This document shows, in pieces, positions 17,823-27,734 of a DNA stretch of 64,000 nt. The stretch comes from Candidatus Omnitrophota bacterium (GTDB lineage: Bacteria > Omnitrophota > Gorgyraeia > Gygaellales > UBA12090), in contig JAHFFP010000001.1 of NCBI GenBank assembly GCA_023247895.1, positions 1,029-65,028 of the forward strand. The letters are read 5' to 3'. Position numbers and translations under genes: made by a program. Within the stretch, counting starts at the first letter, position 1, and every line of letters begins with the position of its first letter. The notes under the pieces were generated by a model, which worked only from the letters and a program-made list of their open reading frames with translations, had not been told where the DNA came from and ran no database searches.

Positions 17823-20794
17823 AGATTATTCTCTAATTTATCAAAACCATTTTTTAAACCAGCGCGTATCAAATTTTGTACTTCATGGATATCTTGCACT
17901 TCTAAAATATCCCACTTACCAAATTTCCCAAAATTATTTATCGCAGGAATCCATAATTCACGCGCTGTCTTAACTTTTATTGTTTTCTTGTCATCTTTTT
18001 TTCCTGTAACCTCAATGATTAAATTTAGAATTGATTTATCGGATAACTCAATTTTTGCAATAAAATCCGGGTTGTAATAATGTGCCGCGCCTTGGTGCTC
18101 ATATGGAATGGCAAAACCCAGATTTTGATTTTTGACATAGGATAAAACTTCTGGCATCTGCTCTAATCTTTTCGCAACCCCTTGCTCCCATTCTAGAGTA
18201 TCAGCTACAACGTAATTAACATGGCTCTTGGCTGTACCCTGTACTTCTTTTGTAGTCAAAAAATCCACATATGTAGTAGAACCCAGAGTATCATAAGGAG
18301 CAAGGACCGGAAGAATTCTTTTCTCTTTTTGTTCTGATAGATGCTCAGCTACAATCCCATGCTGAATCTTCGTTAATGCTCCAGAGAAGTATTCACCCAC
18401 AGACAAATAGCCAATTACCATACGATCCTTTAAAACAACATAACTCTTTACATATTCTTCGCAAATTTTCTTAAGCTGCGGGAATAACCAGTATTTTTCC
18501 GTGCCGTCAGCATCCATATAGTAATGTTTGAGTAAGGCCTCGGCAAGTCGTATTATTACTTCGCCATCCCTACGGCTCTTTATCTTTTCAAGCTTTTCTA
18601 CGGTTGTTTCTCCAATAATACCGCCAGACGTAACTTCAGTAGGTTCATTTTCAATTACGGTTTTAGATTCTTCCGTAAACCGAGCCTTCAGCTTTGTCTC
18701 ATCCAGCTCGTATCGATATCCTTCAACGCGCGGAAACGTAATCTCATATTGTTTGCGTTCTTGCAAAGAACAAACACGGTGAATAACTTTTGGCGGCTGT
18801 GGCGGAGTAACTCCTTCAGATTTTAAGAAATTGAACGGCACGCCATACACCTCAGCATATTCTGGCGTCATAAGACCAGTTCCTTTATCGACATCATATT
18901 CAACACGTCTTAAAGCCCTTCCTACTACTTGCTCACACAAAAGCTGAGTAGAAAAAGCTCTAATACCCAAAATATGAGTAACCGTATTTACATCCCAGCC
19001 TTCAGTAAGCATAGAAACAGATACTACGCATTTTATGTTTTCGCCTAGCTTACCCGGCTTTCCAACAGTATTCATTACCTCGCGCAAAAGTTCCTCATCA
19101 CTTGGCTCGGATCTTCCAGGAAAACGGTAACGGTATTCTTTATGGAAATCTTCAATTTCCTTAGTAAAGATTTTCTTAAACTCATCATTTATTTTTTCAC
19201 CACTTTCTAACTGGGCGCTATCAATAAGAAGCGTATTAGGACGATCGATGAACTGCGCGCCGTTTTCGTTTCGGAAATACTCCAAATTACCTTTTTCGAG
19301 TTTAATTCTTCCTGTTGCCGTCTCAATCTCATATCCAGCTATCCAACGATAAACCAATTCAGAAACTGCCGTATTATTACACACGACAATCATAACCGGA
19401 GGCATAACCGAAGGATTAGTCTTCTTCACGTCCGCATAGCGTAGATAATACTGCTCATAGTTGCCGTATAATGACTCTAGCGCCTCCTGTAATTTCGTAG
19501 GCAAAACGAGGGTCGTAAGATAATCTTTACCTCCGGTTTTTAAACCTTTCTTAGGCAAGTTATCGCGGACGTACAGCCATAAATTACGGAATTCTGGTTC
19601 CTCTTCTTGCCTAATGGTGTCCGATTCAATTGGTAAGCGCGGAATCTTCACTACGCCACACTCTAAAGCATCCAATAGTGAAAAATCGTAAACTGTCCAA
19701 GAGAAAAGCGTTCCTTCTTGGTAACCAGAGCCACTTAAGAAATACGGGGTAGCAGAAAGATCGATTATCCCATTAAGAGCAATCTTTTTAGAAAGAGCGG
19801 CTATCCCATTAAGCCAAACCCTCGCTGCTTTATTATTCTCATCTGCTTCTTGCCGTTCGTCTCCTACTAATCTTTCCTCACTTGGTTTCTCTTGATAGCA
19901 ATGATGAGCCTCATCATTGATAACTAGAATTCGCGGCTTCCCAAGCAAACTTTTAAACGCCCTATTTACCATAGTCATCGGAGTCTCTTTTACAGCTTCA
20001 TCTTTAATGATTCCTGCTACTTTCATAACTGACCCAACTTGAAAACGAGGGTTTTGTCGCAACTCTAACTGATGAAAATTTGTTATAATAATTACTGCTT
20101 GCTGAAGAAGCTCAAAATCCTGATATGAGACAATATCTCGCTTCCGATAATAGTTGCTTACGTCGTTTGGCAATAAAACATTAAGCCGATCCCGAATAGT
20201 AATTCCGGGAGTGATAATTGCAAAGGCGTCAGTAAATCGTGTATCTTGCGGATAACGAATCTTATTGAGTGTGTTATAAGCAATAATCATTGCCATAACA
20301 ACAGTTTTGCCTGAACCTGTTGCCATTTTGAAGGCCATACGGTATAACCCAGGATTTGCGTCAGCACTTGATTTCTTAAGTTCATTAATTATCCAACTTT
20401 CGCTAGACTTCTCTGCAGTCTCATTTATAAACATTAATGTTTCTATCGCCTCAATCTGACAAAAGAATAATTTATTTTCTCTAGTTTCATCGCGCCAATA
20501 GGCGAGAAGATCCCGGGAAGTTTTTGTGAGACCATGATAACCGCCATCTCTCCATTCCTTTACCTTAATCCTGATTTTATTTATAAACTCATTCTCTTTT
20601 TGGAGTTCGCTGCCAAAAGCTCCTTCAGCTATATTAAGCTCAAGTTGCTTCTCTTTTGTTTTGGCGCGCGGGATAGGAATGTAGAAACTACTTGGCCGAC
20701 GAAATTCTAAAACCTCATCAGTTATTCCACGCTCATCTGATTTAAAATGGAGGGTAGGTTCAAAATATGGGAAATTTAATATGGGCGATTTCAT
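17804..20794 (-). CDS. res: Type III restriction endonuclease/helicase (Res)
   Basis: MATGSGKT, DEAHH, LTEGWD, PDF...IEVTG nuclease motif. Confidence 0.9.
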   Translation of the reverse strand: MKSPILNFPYFEPTLHFKSDERGITDEVLEFRRPSSFYIPIPRAKTKEKQLELNIAEGAFGSELQKENEFINKIRIKVKEWRDGGYHGLTKTSRDLLAYWRDETRENKLFFCQIEAIETLMFINETAEKSSESWIINELKKSSADANPGLYRMAFKMATGSGKTVVMAMIIAYNTLNKIRYPQDTRFTDAFAIITPGITIRDRLNVLLPNDVSNYYRKRDIVSYQDFELLQQAVIIITNFHQLELRQNPRFQVGSVMKVAGIIKDEAVKETPMTMVNRAFKSLLGKPRILVINDEAHHCYQEKPSEERLVGDERQEADENNKAARVWLNGIAALSKKIALNGIIDLSATPYFLSGSGYQEGTLFSWTVYDFSLLDALECGVVKIPRLPIESDTIRQEEEPEFRNLWLYVRDNLPKKGLKTGGKDYLTTLVLPTKLQEALESLYGNYEQYYLRYADVKKTNPSVMPPVMIVVCNNTAVSELVYRWIAGYEIETATGRIKLEKGNLEYFRNENGAQFIDRPNTLLIDSAQLESGEKINDEFKKIFTKEIEDFHKEYRYRFPGRSEPSDEELLREVMNTVGKPGKLGENIKCVVSVSMLTEGWDVNTVTHILGIRAFSTQLLCEQVVGRALRRVEYDVDKGTGLMTPEYAEVYGVPFNFLKSEGVTPPQPPKVIHRVCSLQERKQYEITFPRVEGYRYELDETKLKARFTEESKTVIENEPTEVTSGGIIGETTVEKLEKIKSRRDGEVIIRLAEALLKHYYMDADGTEKYWLFPQLKKICEEYVKSYVVLKDRMVIGYLSVGEYFSGALTKIQHGIVAEHLSEQKEKRILPVLAPYDTLGSTTYVDFLTTKEVQGTAKSHVNYVVADTLEWEQGVAKRLEQMPEVLSYVKNQNLGFAIPYEHQGAAHYYNPDFIAKIELSDKSILNLIIEVTGKKDDKKTIKVKTARELWIPAINNFGKFGKWDILEVQDIHEVQNLIRAGLKNGFDKLENNLWEEKG

Positions 20795-20797
20795 TAC

Positions 20798-21001
20798 TTA
20801 CTCTTCTAAAAAATAAGCCGCTTCTTTCTTAAGGGCTTTTGCAATCTTAACCAACGTTTCAATTGATGGCATTGAAAGACCAGTTTCGTAACGCGAAATA
20901 CTTTTCTGCTTCGCACTTATTTTTTTTGCAAGCTCAGTTTGATTCAAATCTAATTCAATACGGGCAATTTTTATCTTCTTCCCTAATTTTTTAGCGTCCA
21001 T
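20798..21001 (-). CDS. XRE-family HTH regulator
   Basis: LNQTELA...ISRYETG...PS; first gene of the res-mod operon. Confidence 0.9.
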   Translation of the reverse strand: MDAKKLGKKIKIARIELDLNQTELAKKISAKQKSISRYETGLSMPSIETLVKIAKALKKEAAYFLEE

Positions 21002-21020
21002 TCCATCTCCAAAATAATAC

Positions 21021-21049
21021 TTGACAATTATACCTTTTAAGGTATAATT
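21021..21049 (+). promoter_or_regulatory. Integrase promoter with overlapping palindromic operator
   Basis: TTGACA-16-TATAAT; AATTATACCTT-TT-AAGGTATAATT at 21026-21049. Confidence 0.75.
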
Positions 21050-21127
21050 TAGTCATTAAGGGAATATTTACATTCTAGACTTATTAAGGCTAATATATAC
21101 CTATCCGGTAATAAACGCAAGTAATTT

Positions 21128-21322
21128 ATGGGTAACTCGAGTTTGATAGAGGGTAAGGTTCGGGGACAGTCCTCTGCGGGGACAGTCCTTTCGGTAACTT
21201 CGAGGGCAGACCCTTCCGTCCAGCATCTATTAGACGTAATCTCTTCTATTATAGCCGAAGAATACATTATGATAGCTAAACAAAACCCTAAAACATTTCA
21301 AAATGATGGAGGCACAAAATGA
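21128..21322 (+). CDS. Small protein coupled to the integrase (possible directionality factor)
   Basis: 64-aa ORF; stop overlaps the integrase ATG. Confidence 0.55.
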   Translation: MGNSSLIEGKVRGQSSAGTVLSVTSRADPSVQHLLDVISSIIAEEYIMIAKQNPKTFQNDGGTK

Positions 21323-23307
21323 AAGCAGCAATATACGCAAGATATTCTTCTGAAAATCAAAGCGAAAAGAGTATTGACGACCAGATAAGAGTATGCAAAA
21401 ACTACTGCAAAGAGCATGAAATTCTTATAAATGAGGAACACATTTATGTTGATGAAGCCCTATCCGGCTCCCTACTTAACCGCCCCGGATTACAAGCCTT
21501 GGATAAAGCCGCAGAAAACAAGGAATTTGAGGCTGTGGTTGTTGATGACCTCTCCCGCCTTTCAAGAAGTAACCACCAGATGCTGACACTGGTGCTTAAA
21601 TTCAATTATTATCAAGTTAAGATTATCTCGGTTGCAGATGGAATCTGCACTGACGATGAAAATTCGAAGTTAGGGATTCAAATGCGCGGCTTAATAAATG
21701 AGCTATACCTGGATGATTTGAGAAAAAAGACCCTGCGTGGGCTTGAGGGGCAAAAACTCCGCGGCTTTAGCGCCGGCGAAAAAGTCTATGGCTACTATAC
21801 CAAGCCCGTAGGCGAATTAAAACTTAATCGTAAAGGACAAGCCAAATACGAAGGTATGGTCCATAAAATAAACCCTGATGAGGCTGAAATCGTAAAAAGG
21901 ATATTCAAGGAATTCGCAGACGGTAAAAGCATCCAGAAAATAATGATTGGGCTTAACGAAGAAAAGGTTCCGACAAAAAGAAAACTTAACGGCGGATGGA
22001 ATACCTCAACCATATCCAGGATTTTAAAGAACCAGAAATATATCGGAATATGGAACTGGAGAAAAACAAAGGTTGTCAGGGACCCGATGACCGGGAAAAA
22101 GAAGAAATTTGCCCGTCCTGAAAAAGATATGATTCCTATTCAGCGAGAGGATCTGGTCATTATCGATAAAGAACTCTGGGAAAAAGTGCAAAAAAGACGG
22201 CAGGAAATAGAAGGAACATGGCCGGTAAGCAAGAAAAAACAGGCCTTCTACCAGCAAAAAAGCTATGTGCATACCAGCCCAAACCACTTATTTTCCGGCC
22301 TAATGAAGTGTAATTCCTGCGGCGGAGCAATCGTCCTCATTAGCGGCAAGGGCGGCGGTTATTACGGATGCTACAATACAAAAAGAAAAACCTGTAGTAA
22401 CCCTCTTACTATTCCCCGGAAAAGGATAGAAGAAATAATTATCAAGGAGTTACAAAATACAATACTAACCGCAGAGAATATCGAATATGTCTATAAGAAC
22501 GTGGAGAAACTTGCCGTGCAAGGTCTAAATGAAATACCCGAACTGGTTACGAAAAAGAAGGCGCAATATGAAAAAATACAGCAAGAGATACAAAATTACC
22601 TTAATTTTATCAGGATGGGTAATCTTTCCAAGGCAGTGGCTGATGCTTTAACAGAAGCAGAAAAGAAAAATGATGGGCTAAAGCAGGAAATCGGGTCTTT
22701 GGAGTTTCAGAAAGAGAATAATTTCAAAGCACCGCCAAAAGAATGGATAAATCACAGGCTGGAAAACTTAAAGGACACCCTGAATAAAAACACTATCTCT
22801 TCTTCCTTAGCGCTTAAAGAACTATTGGGAGCAATAACGCTTGAGCCGGTTTTAACCAAAGACGCTGATTTTTACCAGCTTTTTGCGGAAAACGAGAAGA
22901 ATTTCAAGCCCTATTACGTTGCCCATACAAAAATTCAAACCCTTGCGCTCTTAGATGAAGAGCACAAAGGTTCGAATTGGTGTCACTGGCGGAGAGTGGA
23001 GGATTTGAACCTCCGGTCGCCTTACGGCGACAACGGTTTTCGAGACCGCCGCATTCAACCGCTCTGCCAACTCTCCGAATTATATTTTCTTTCCTATAAT
23101 CAAAGCTGTATCAAATTCCGTATCTTTTCTTTTAATTTCGGACAACCCTGCATCCTTCATCCACGAACGCACTTGGGATTCGGTATAGGTATCGCCCTCT
23201 TCTGTGGCGACGAGCATATTCAAAGAAAAAAGGGCGCCAAAGGAGGGGCTCGTCCTATCTTCATCCATAATAAAATCCTGCACTACCACCTGCCCTCCGG
23301 GATTTAG
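21319..23307 (+). CDS. Large serine recombinase (integrated form reads through the antisense tRNA)
   Basis: IYARYSS catalytic Ser, RPGL, DDLSRLSR, recombinase domain, CxxC..C..C zinc ribbon, coiled coil. Confidence 0.95.
   Translation: MKAAIYARYSSENQSEKSIDDQIRVCKNYCKEHEILINEEHIYVDEALSGSLLNRPGLQALDKAAENKEFEAVVVDDLSRLSRSNHQMLTLVLKFNYYQVKIISVADGICTDDENSKLGIQMRGLINELYLDDLRKKTLRGLEGQKLRGFSAGEKVYGYYTKPVGELKLNRKGQAKYEGMVHKINPDEAEIVKRIFKEFADGKSIQKIMIGLNEEKVPTKRKLNGGWNTSTISRILKNQKYIGIWNWRKTKVVRDPMTGKKKKFARPEKDMIPIQREDLVIIDKELWEKVQKRRQEIEGTWPVSKKKQAFYQQKSYVHTSPNHLFSGLMKCNSCGGAIVLISGKGGGYYGCYNTKRKTCSNPLTIPRKRIEEIIIKELQNTILTAENIEYVYKNVEKLAVQGLNEIPELVTKKKAQYEKIQQEIQNYLNFIRMGNLSKAVADALTEAEKKNDGLKQEIGSLEFQKENNFKAPPKEWINHRLENLKDTLNKNTISSSLALKELLGAITLEPVLTKDADFYQLFAENEKNFKPYYVAHTKIQTLALLDEEHKGSNWCHWRRVEDLNLRSPYGDNGFRDRRIQPLCQLSELYFLSYNQSCIKFRIFSFNFGQPCILHPRTHLGFGIGIALFCGDEHIQRKKGAKGGARPIFIHNKILHYHLPSGI
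22987..23076 (-). tRNA. tRNA-Ser(CGA)
   Basis: GGAGAGTTGGCAGAGCGG...GCGGT-CT-CGA-AA-ACCGT...GGTTCAAATCC...CTCTCCGCCA. Confidence 0.97.
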
Positions 23308-24084
23308 GGCATTGACACATTTCACTATCAATTTCTTGCTTTTTGCAAATGAATTACTGTGGACAATCGCTGAAAGAAATATTAAGTCAAAGCCGCTGCC
23401 CAAGCTATCAGCATTGTAATCCCCTGCCACCACATCAATTTTATCTAAAAGGCCTTCTTTTTTAATATAGCTTCTGGTAAGCACAACGACGTTTGGCAAA
23501 TCGAAAGCTCTTACCCTTACGCCGTCTTTTGCCCGCGCAAAAGCCATTGCATACGCCCCTGAACCAGCGCCGACATCAAGCACTCGCATAACTTTTGATA
23601 AATCTAACATTGACACTATTTTTTTTGCCTGTGTCAGCGCGCGCTCATGCATTGCGGCAATAAAAGCAGTAAGCCACTCTTTTTCTCTCTTTTTTACCGA
23701 GACGTTTTTGCCTAAGACTGCCTTGCCTTTACGCACTGCCTGTGTCAAAGTACTCCAGCTATTCCAGAGGTTGGCTACATGCATAAGCCCTGCCATATAT
23801 TCGGGCTTTCCTTTCACCAGGAATCGCGACGTCAAAGGAGTATTGGAAAACTTCCCCGCCTTCTTCTTTAAAAGCCCTGTGGCACAAAGGGCGTTCATCA
23901 GGCGTCCGGCAGATTTTTGCGGTAATCGCAAAGCCTTCGCCACTTCCTCAGCGTCTTTACTCTTATCACCTAAAGCGCTAAATAGATCCAATTCATAGGC
24001 TGTAAGCAGAATCCGGCTTTCCTTAAATGCCATTGCCATCTGCATAATTCTATCAGCAGAGCAATTATTTCTTTCTAGTGCCAT
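23080..24084 (-). CDS. SAM-dependent O-methyltransferase (dimerisation domain plus Methyltransf_2-like)
   Basis: VLDVGAGSG, FDLP, AGD, ALNPGG. Confidence 0.88.
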   Translation of the reverse strand: MALERNNCSADRIMQMAMAFKESRILLTAYELDLFSALGDKSKDAEEVAKALRLPQKSAGRLMNALCATGLLKKKAGKFSNTPLTSRFLVKGKPEYMAGLMHVANLWNSWSTLTQAVRKGKAVLGKNVSVKKREKEWLTAFIAAMHERALTQAKKIVSMLDLSKVMRVLDVGAGSGAYAMAFARAKDGVRVRAFDLPNVVVLTRSYIKKEGLLDKIDVVAGDYNADSLGSGFDLIFLSAIVHSNSFAKSKKLIVKCVNALNPGGQVVVQDFIMDEDRTSPSFGALFSLNMLVATEEGDTYTESQVRSWMKDAGLSEIKRKDTEFDTALIIGKKI

Positions 24085-24096
24085 CTATATCAAGCC

Positions 24097-25722
24097 TCAC
24101 TCTTTTACATTAACCGCTTGCTTTTCATATACAAAAAGCGGGATATCTTTTACTAGCACCTGAAGCTTCCCCTCTTTCACAGGTTTGATTTCGCTGTTAA
24201 AGGCGGCATGATAATCCACGATATCCTTGCCAAATTCATATTTAGGGACTGCCTCGGTTATCACCGCTTCAGCCGATGCTATGCCGGATATAGAAACCGG
24301 AGTTTCTTCCTGGGTATCATTCCATATGACCCAAACAGGCTTACCCTGCGTAATGAATTTATAAACGTATATGCCGTCTTTTTCCTGAATTACTTGTATA
24401 GTATCCCACTCACCACCATCAAGAGTCTCGGACAATTTCTTAAAGGTAAAATAGGAAAGCTTTTTGGCGCAATAGCCGGGGTTGTTATCGCCATGGCCGT
24501 TATACAGCAACCCCATATAGCCGTCGGGGCCTTGGCTTACGGCATTATCCATAATGCTAAACCAAAATACTTTCTTTACCCCAAAGCTCAAAGGGAAAAC
24601 AATCCTGCGGAACAAATCTACGGCCTGTTCTTTTTCTGTTTGGCTTGATGCGTACCCTTCTACATCGCGCGGCCTTCCGCTATACACCGCGGTCTCAGTA
24701 ATCCAAATCTCCATACCCTTATATCCAAGGACATCTAAGCCCTCTCTAATCATTGCATAGGCATCTTTCATCACTCGATAGTTGCCTGTTGCATTCCCAT
24801 AAAAATGGTAATCAAAAATATCAACGTCTTTGCCAGTGAGCTTCTCTAAAACCCGCAGGTAATATGTGTGAAACAGCTTTTCCGTTTGTGAACCGACATC
24901 CGCCATTCCCGAAAGGACAACTTTTGCTTGCGGGTCTTGCGCCTTAATTGCCTTTGCGGTAATCTCAAGGATGTGGGTATAATTATCCACAGAAACATTA
25001 AACCAGCTCGCGATAGTTGCTGTGTCAGCCTGCGCATCAAGCACAAGAGGCACCCCCGAAGGAGGCGGCCCGGGAAGCTCATTATCAATTTGCCAGTATT
25101 TAATGGGGTTTTTTAGGCCCGGCATATCACTCAGGCCATCTCCGTCATATCGCTCCACCAAATCCTTGACAAACTGAATATATTTTTCTTCATCAACTAA
25201 TTTCAGATAGCTTGCCGGAGGGTTATACGTGCTTAGCTTTTGCAACTCCTTTGGAATGTTAGATGGTTGTATCGCAGCCCACCTGCGCACATCAATATTA
25301 GCTAAAATATGCATAGAGACGGGAATACTTCCATAATTACTATCCATCAATTGCTGCCAGGTTGCGCCTAACTCTTGCGGCGGAATAAAGGCATACATAC
25401 CCGGCCTCTCCCACCCTGCGCCAACGTCCTCGGCGTAACTATACGTTCCCCAAAGCTTGGGATCGGCTAAATTATCCGGGTTATGGGTGAAGATGTCTTT
25501 CGGGTAAATTCTACCGATATGAAAACCAAAAGGCACAGACGTTATAGGATTATGCCCGGGAGGAACTACCCCTGTAACCATTGGTTGATGAACAAAATCT
25601 TCTGGATTTTGTGATACCGGCTGACTCTCTGCAAAAGAAAGGTTCTCAAAGGCACAATAAAAGCTAATAGCAGCAAGGCTTACTACGATTACCAGGATAG
25701 ATTTTCTAGCCATCTTCTTCAT
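24097..25722 (-). CDS. Secreted clan GH-A-like glycoside hydrolase
   Basis: Signal peptide; WQIDNE acid/base and IWITE nucleophile motifs. Confidence 0.7.
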   Translation of the reverse strand: MKKMARKSILVIVVSLAAISFYCAFENLSFAESQPVSQNPEDFVHQPMVTGVVPPGHNPITSVPFGFHIGRIYPKDIFTHNPDNLADPKLWGTYSYAEDVGAGWERPGMYAFIPPQELGATWQQLMDSNYGSIPVSMHILANIDVRRWAAIQPSNIPKELQKLSTYNPPASYLKLVDEEKYIQFVKDLVERYDGDGLSDMPGLKNPIKYWQIDNELPGPPPSGVPLVLDAQADTATIASWFNVSVDNYTHILEITAKAIKAQDPQAKVVLSGMADVGSQTEKLFHTYYLRVLEKLTGKDVDIFDYHFYGNATGNYRVMKDAYAMIREGLDVLGYKGMEIWITETAVYSGRPRDVEGYASSQTEKEQAVDLFRRIVFPLSFGVKKVFWFSIMDNAVSQGPDGYMGLLYNGHGDNNPGYCAKKLSYFTFKKLSETLDGGEWDTIQVIQEKDGIYVYKFITQGKPVWVIWNDTQEETPVSISGIASAEAVITEAVPKYEFGKDIVDYHAAFNSEIKPVKEGKLQVLVKDIPLFVYEKQAVNVKE

Positions 25723-25726
25723 ACAC

Positions 25727-26080
25727 CTATTTATTCACTACGGGCTCTTTTTGCGTTTCTTCCTCTTTCATTTCCTTTTTTAATTCAGCAACTTCTTTCT
25801 TCAGGGCGCTTAATGCCTGTTTTAATTCGGCTATCTCGCTTCGCAGCTCGGCTATATTTGCCTCGGTTTTTGCGATACGGTTTCCTGTCTCATCAAATCT
25901 TCGCACGGTATAGGTTTTAAAACCCTCGGTAGCCGTAAAGCTGCCCTTCGTAACGGTCTTTTCTCCCTCCGGCCTCTGAACCGATACTCCGGACTTCTTC
26001 TTATAATCCTCTGCCGAAGCCAACATCGTTGATGTGAAGAAAACAAATGCTAAAAGAGAAACAACCTTTTTATTCATCAT
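25727..26080 (-). CDS. Secreted coiled-coil hypothetical protein
   Basis: Signal peptide plus heptad C-terminus; AAGGGAGG RBS. Confidence 0.7.
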   Translation of the reverse strand: MMNKKVVSLLAFVFFTSTMLASAEDYKKKSGVSVQRPEGEKTVTKGSFTATEGFKTYTVRRFDETGNRIAKTEANIAELRSEIAELKQALSALKKEVAELKKEMKEEETQKEPVVNK

Positions 26081-26159
26081 ATGAGCCCTCCCTTTTTCGC
26101 TTCAACTTTTGATAGTAGGTAGCTTTTATTTCCTGAAGGGGAACTTTTTCAGGCATAGA

Positions 26160-26660
26160 TTAGCTTTTGGCAAGCTCTTGTTTTGCTTTTTCGGCTAAAA
26201 GCTGCTGCACCAAGGCATCAATCTCTGTTTGGGTAAGCCTTCTGTCGGAACGGAGTGCTTTTCGGCTTGATTGCGGTTGATTTTCTCCAACAATAACAAC
26301 TCTCACAGAATCTCCGGTTTTGATCCTTCTAAGCTCTGAGGGGCTATGCCTTGTTTTTCCCACAATAACCACTCCGCTTGCCGGAACAGGCTTTCCGGCT
26401 TTGCTGATAGGAGTAGGCCCAAAGAATACGCAGATACACCTGCCTTGCGGCCAATAGGCAACATCACCCACGTCAACCTCAGAAGTTAAGACGATATCAT
26501 CGTAAAGCGCTTGTGTATTCGTCTCAAAATAGACTTCATCTCCCCACGTGGAAACAGCCGAATCCAAAGGCAAAGCCTTAACAATTTCCCGCGCGGTCAA
26601 ACCATTGTTGAGCTCAACCACGAAACAGCAATTTTTAGTCTGAAATGACACTTGTTGCAT
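26160..26660 (-). CDS. Cyclophilin-like fold protein
   Basis: WGDEVYF, GDVAYWPQG, FFGPTP. Confidence 0.8.
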   Translation of the reverse strand: MQQVSFQTKNCCFVVELNNGLTAREIVKALPLDSAVSTWGDEVYFETNTQALYDDIVLTSEVDVGDVAYWPQGRCICVFFGPTPISKAGKPVPASGVVIVGKTRHSPSELRRIKTGDSVRVVIVGENQPQSSRKALRSDRRLTQTEIDALVQQLLAEKAKQELAKS

Positions 26661-26683
26661 AGGCTACCTTTTATGAAAATAGA

Positions 26684-26871
26684 TTCAACCCAGATTTTGC
26701 AATAGGTTTCGAGAAAAATGGCCCAAATCCTTGACAAGACAAGGCATGCGAGCAAAAGTACCACAGGCGTATCCTGTGCGATACGCCGAGGACACTTTTG
26801 TGAGCATAACGCAGTATTGGCAAGGATTTAGAGACATTTTGCCGAAATCCTATTGCAAATTCTGGGTTCAA
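26684..26871. repeat. ~190-bp element with ~35-bp imperfect terminal inverted repeats
   Basis: AACCCAGATTTTGCAATAGG... versus ...CCTATTGCAAATTCTGGGTT. Confidence 0.6.
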
Positions 26872-26994
26872 TTCCTTCTTACCCCGGTGCCTAAATTATA
26901 CGCCAAACAAAAACCCCCTGCAAGGTTATTTATTGCAAGGGGTTTAACAACGGCGCTATACTCACTCGGCTTATCTCCTTACAACAACTGAGTT

Positions 26995-27245
26995 CTACCT
27001 CTGAGGGAGCAGGCGATTCTTCAAAAAAGCAAAACCAGAGCCAGATTTTAAATATCTTTCAAAACTTACAGCTTGAGTTTTGTCCTTAAATACTGTATAT
27101 GTTTCTAAATTCCACGGTGCATAATTTTTGCTATATCTGGTTTCGTTATGATTATGCTCTTTAATCCTATTTTCTAAATTTTCTGTCAAACGATATATAA
27201 TCGCTCCGGATATTTCTAACTCTTTAAAATGTAAACAGTATTCAT
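26995..27245 (-). pseudogene. GIY-YIG nuclease with a stop codon and a frameshift
   Basis: MNTVYILKS*KYPERLYI/TENLENRIKEHN...FERYLKSGSG. Confidence 0.85.
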
Positions 27246-27383
27246 GCTATTCTGCTACGCCCTTTAGAATATTTAAAATCATGGTAGGGCTTCGCAGCAA
27301 TTCTTTTTCGCCATACTCAAAAAAAACTTGTTGCTTTGAAGCCCTACCAGCTATTACATATTGAAGGGCGAAAAAAGAACGGC

Positions 27384-27723
27384 GTTCTTGCGACGAAGTC
27401 AGAAGTTTTTACCGCTAAATTCCTTTGCTAAATTTTTAATCTGCACCGCCCTGTCGGGCTCCCACATCTCCCGCGCCCCATTCGCCCCGTTTAGGAGCGG
27501 GGCTCATTCGGCGCCAGCCTGGGCCGGCTGGCTTCTTGCTCATGCAATGCGGGTTCAGCTTTGCTTGTGTTTTGTAGCCGGGTGCGGGCGGCTGCAAAAC
27601 ACAGCGTCCTCACTCCAAGAATTTATTACAGGTAAAACGATTTTTTTAATAAGAGTTCGTCCGCTCTCCCGCCCCAACATCTTCGCCATTATAAAGAACA
27701 AAAATTTTGATGTCAGAATATTA
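27384..27723 (+). repeat. 340-bp inverted repeat, left copy
   Basis: Reverse complement of 29419-29758; one internal mismatch seen. Confidence 0.95.
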
Positions 27724-27734
27724 AAAAATGAGCT

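Larger units (their letters stand above)
9808..22992. mobile_element. ~13.2-kb LSR-integrated defence island at the 3' end of tRNA-Ser(CGA)
   Basis: ACTGGCGGA direct repeat at 9806-9814 and 22985-22993; joined ends form the imperfect IR GGTTCGAATTGGT...ACCAATTCGCACC; LSR at the tRNA-proximal end. Confidence 0.85.
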
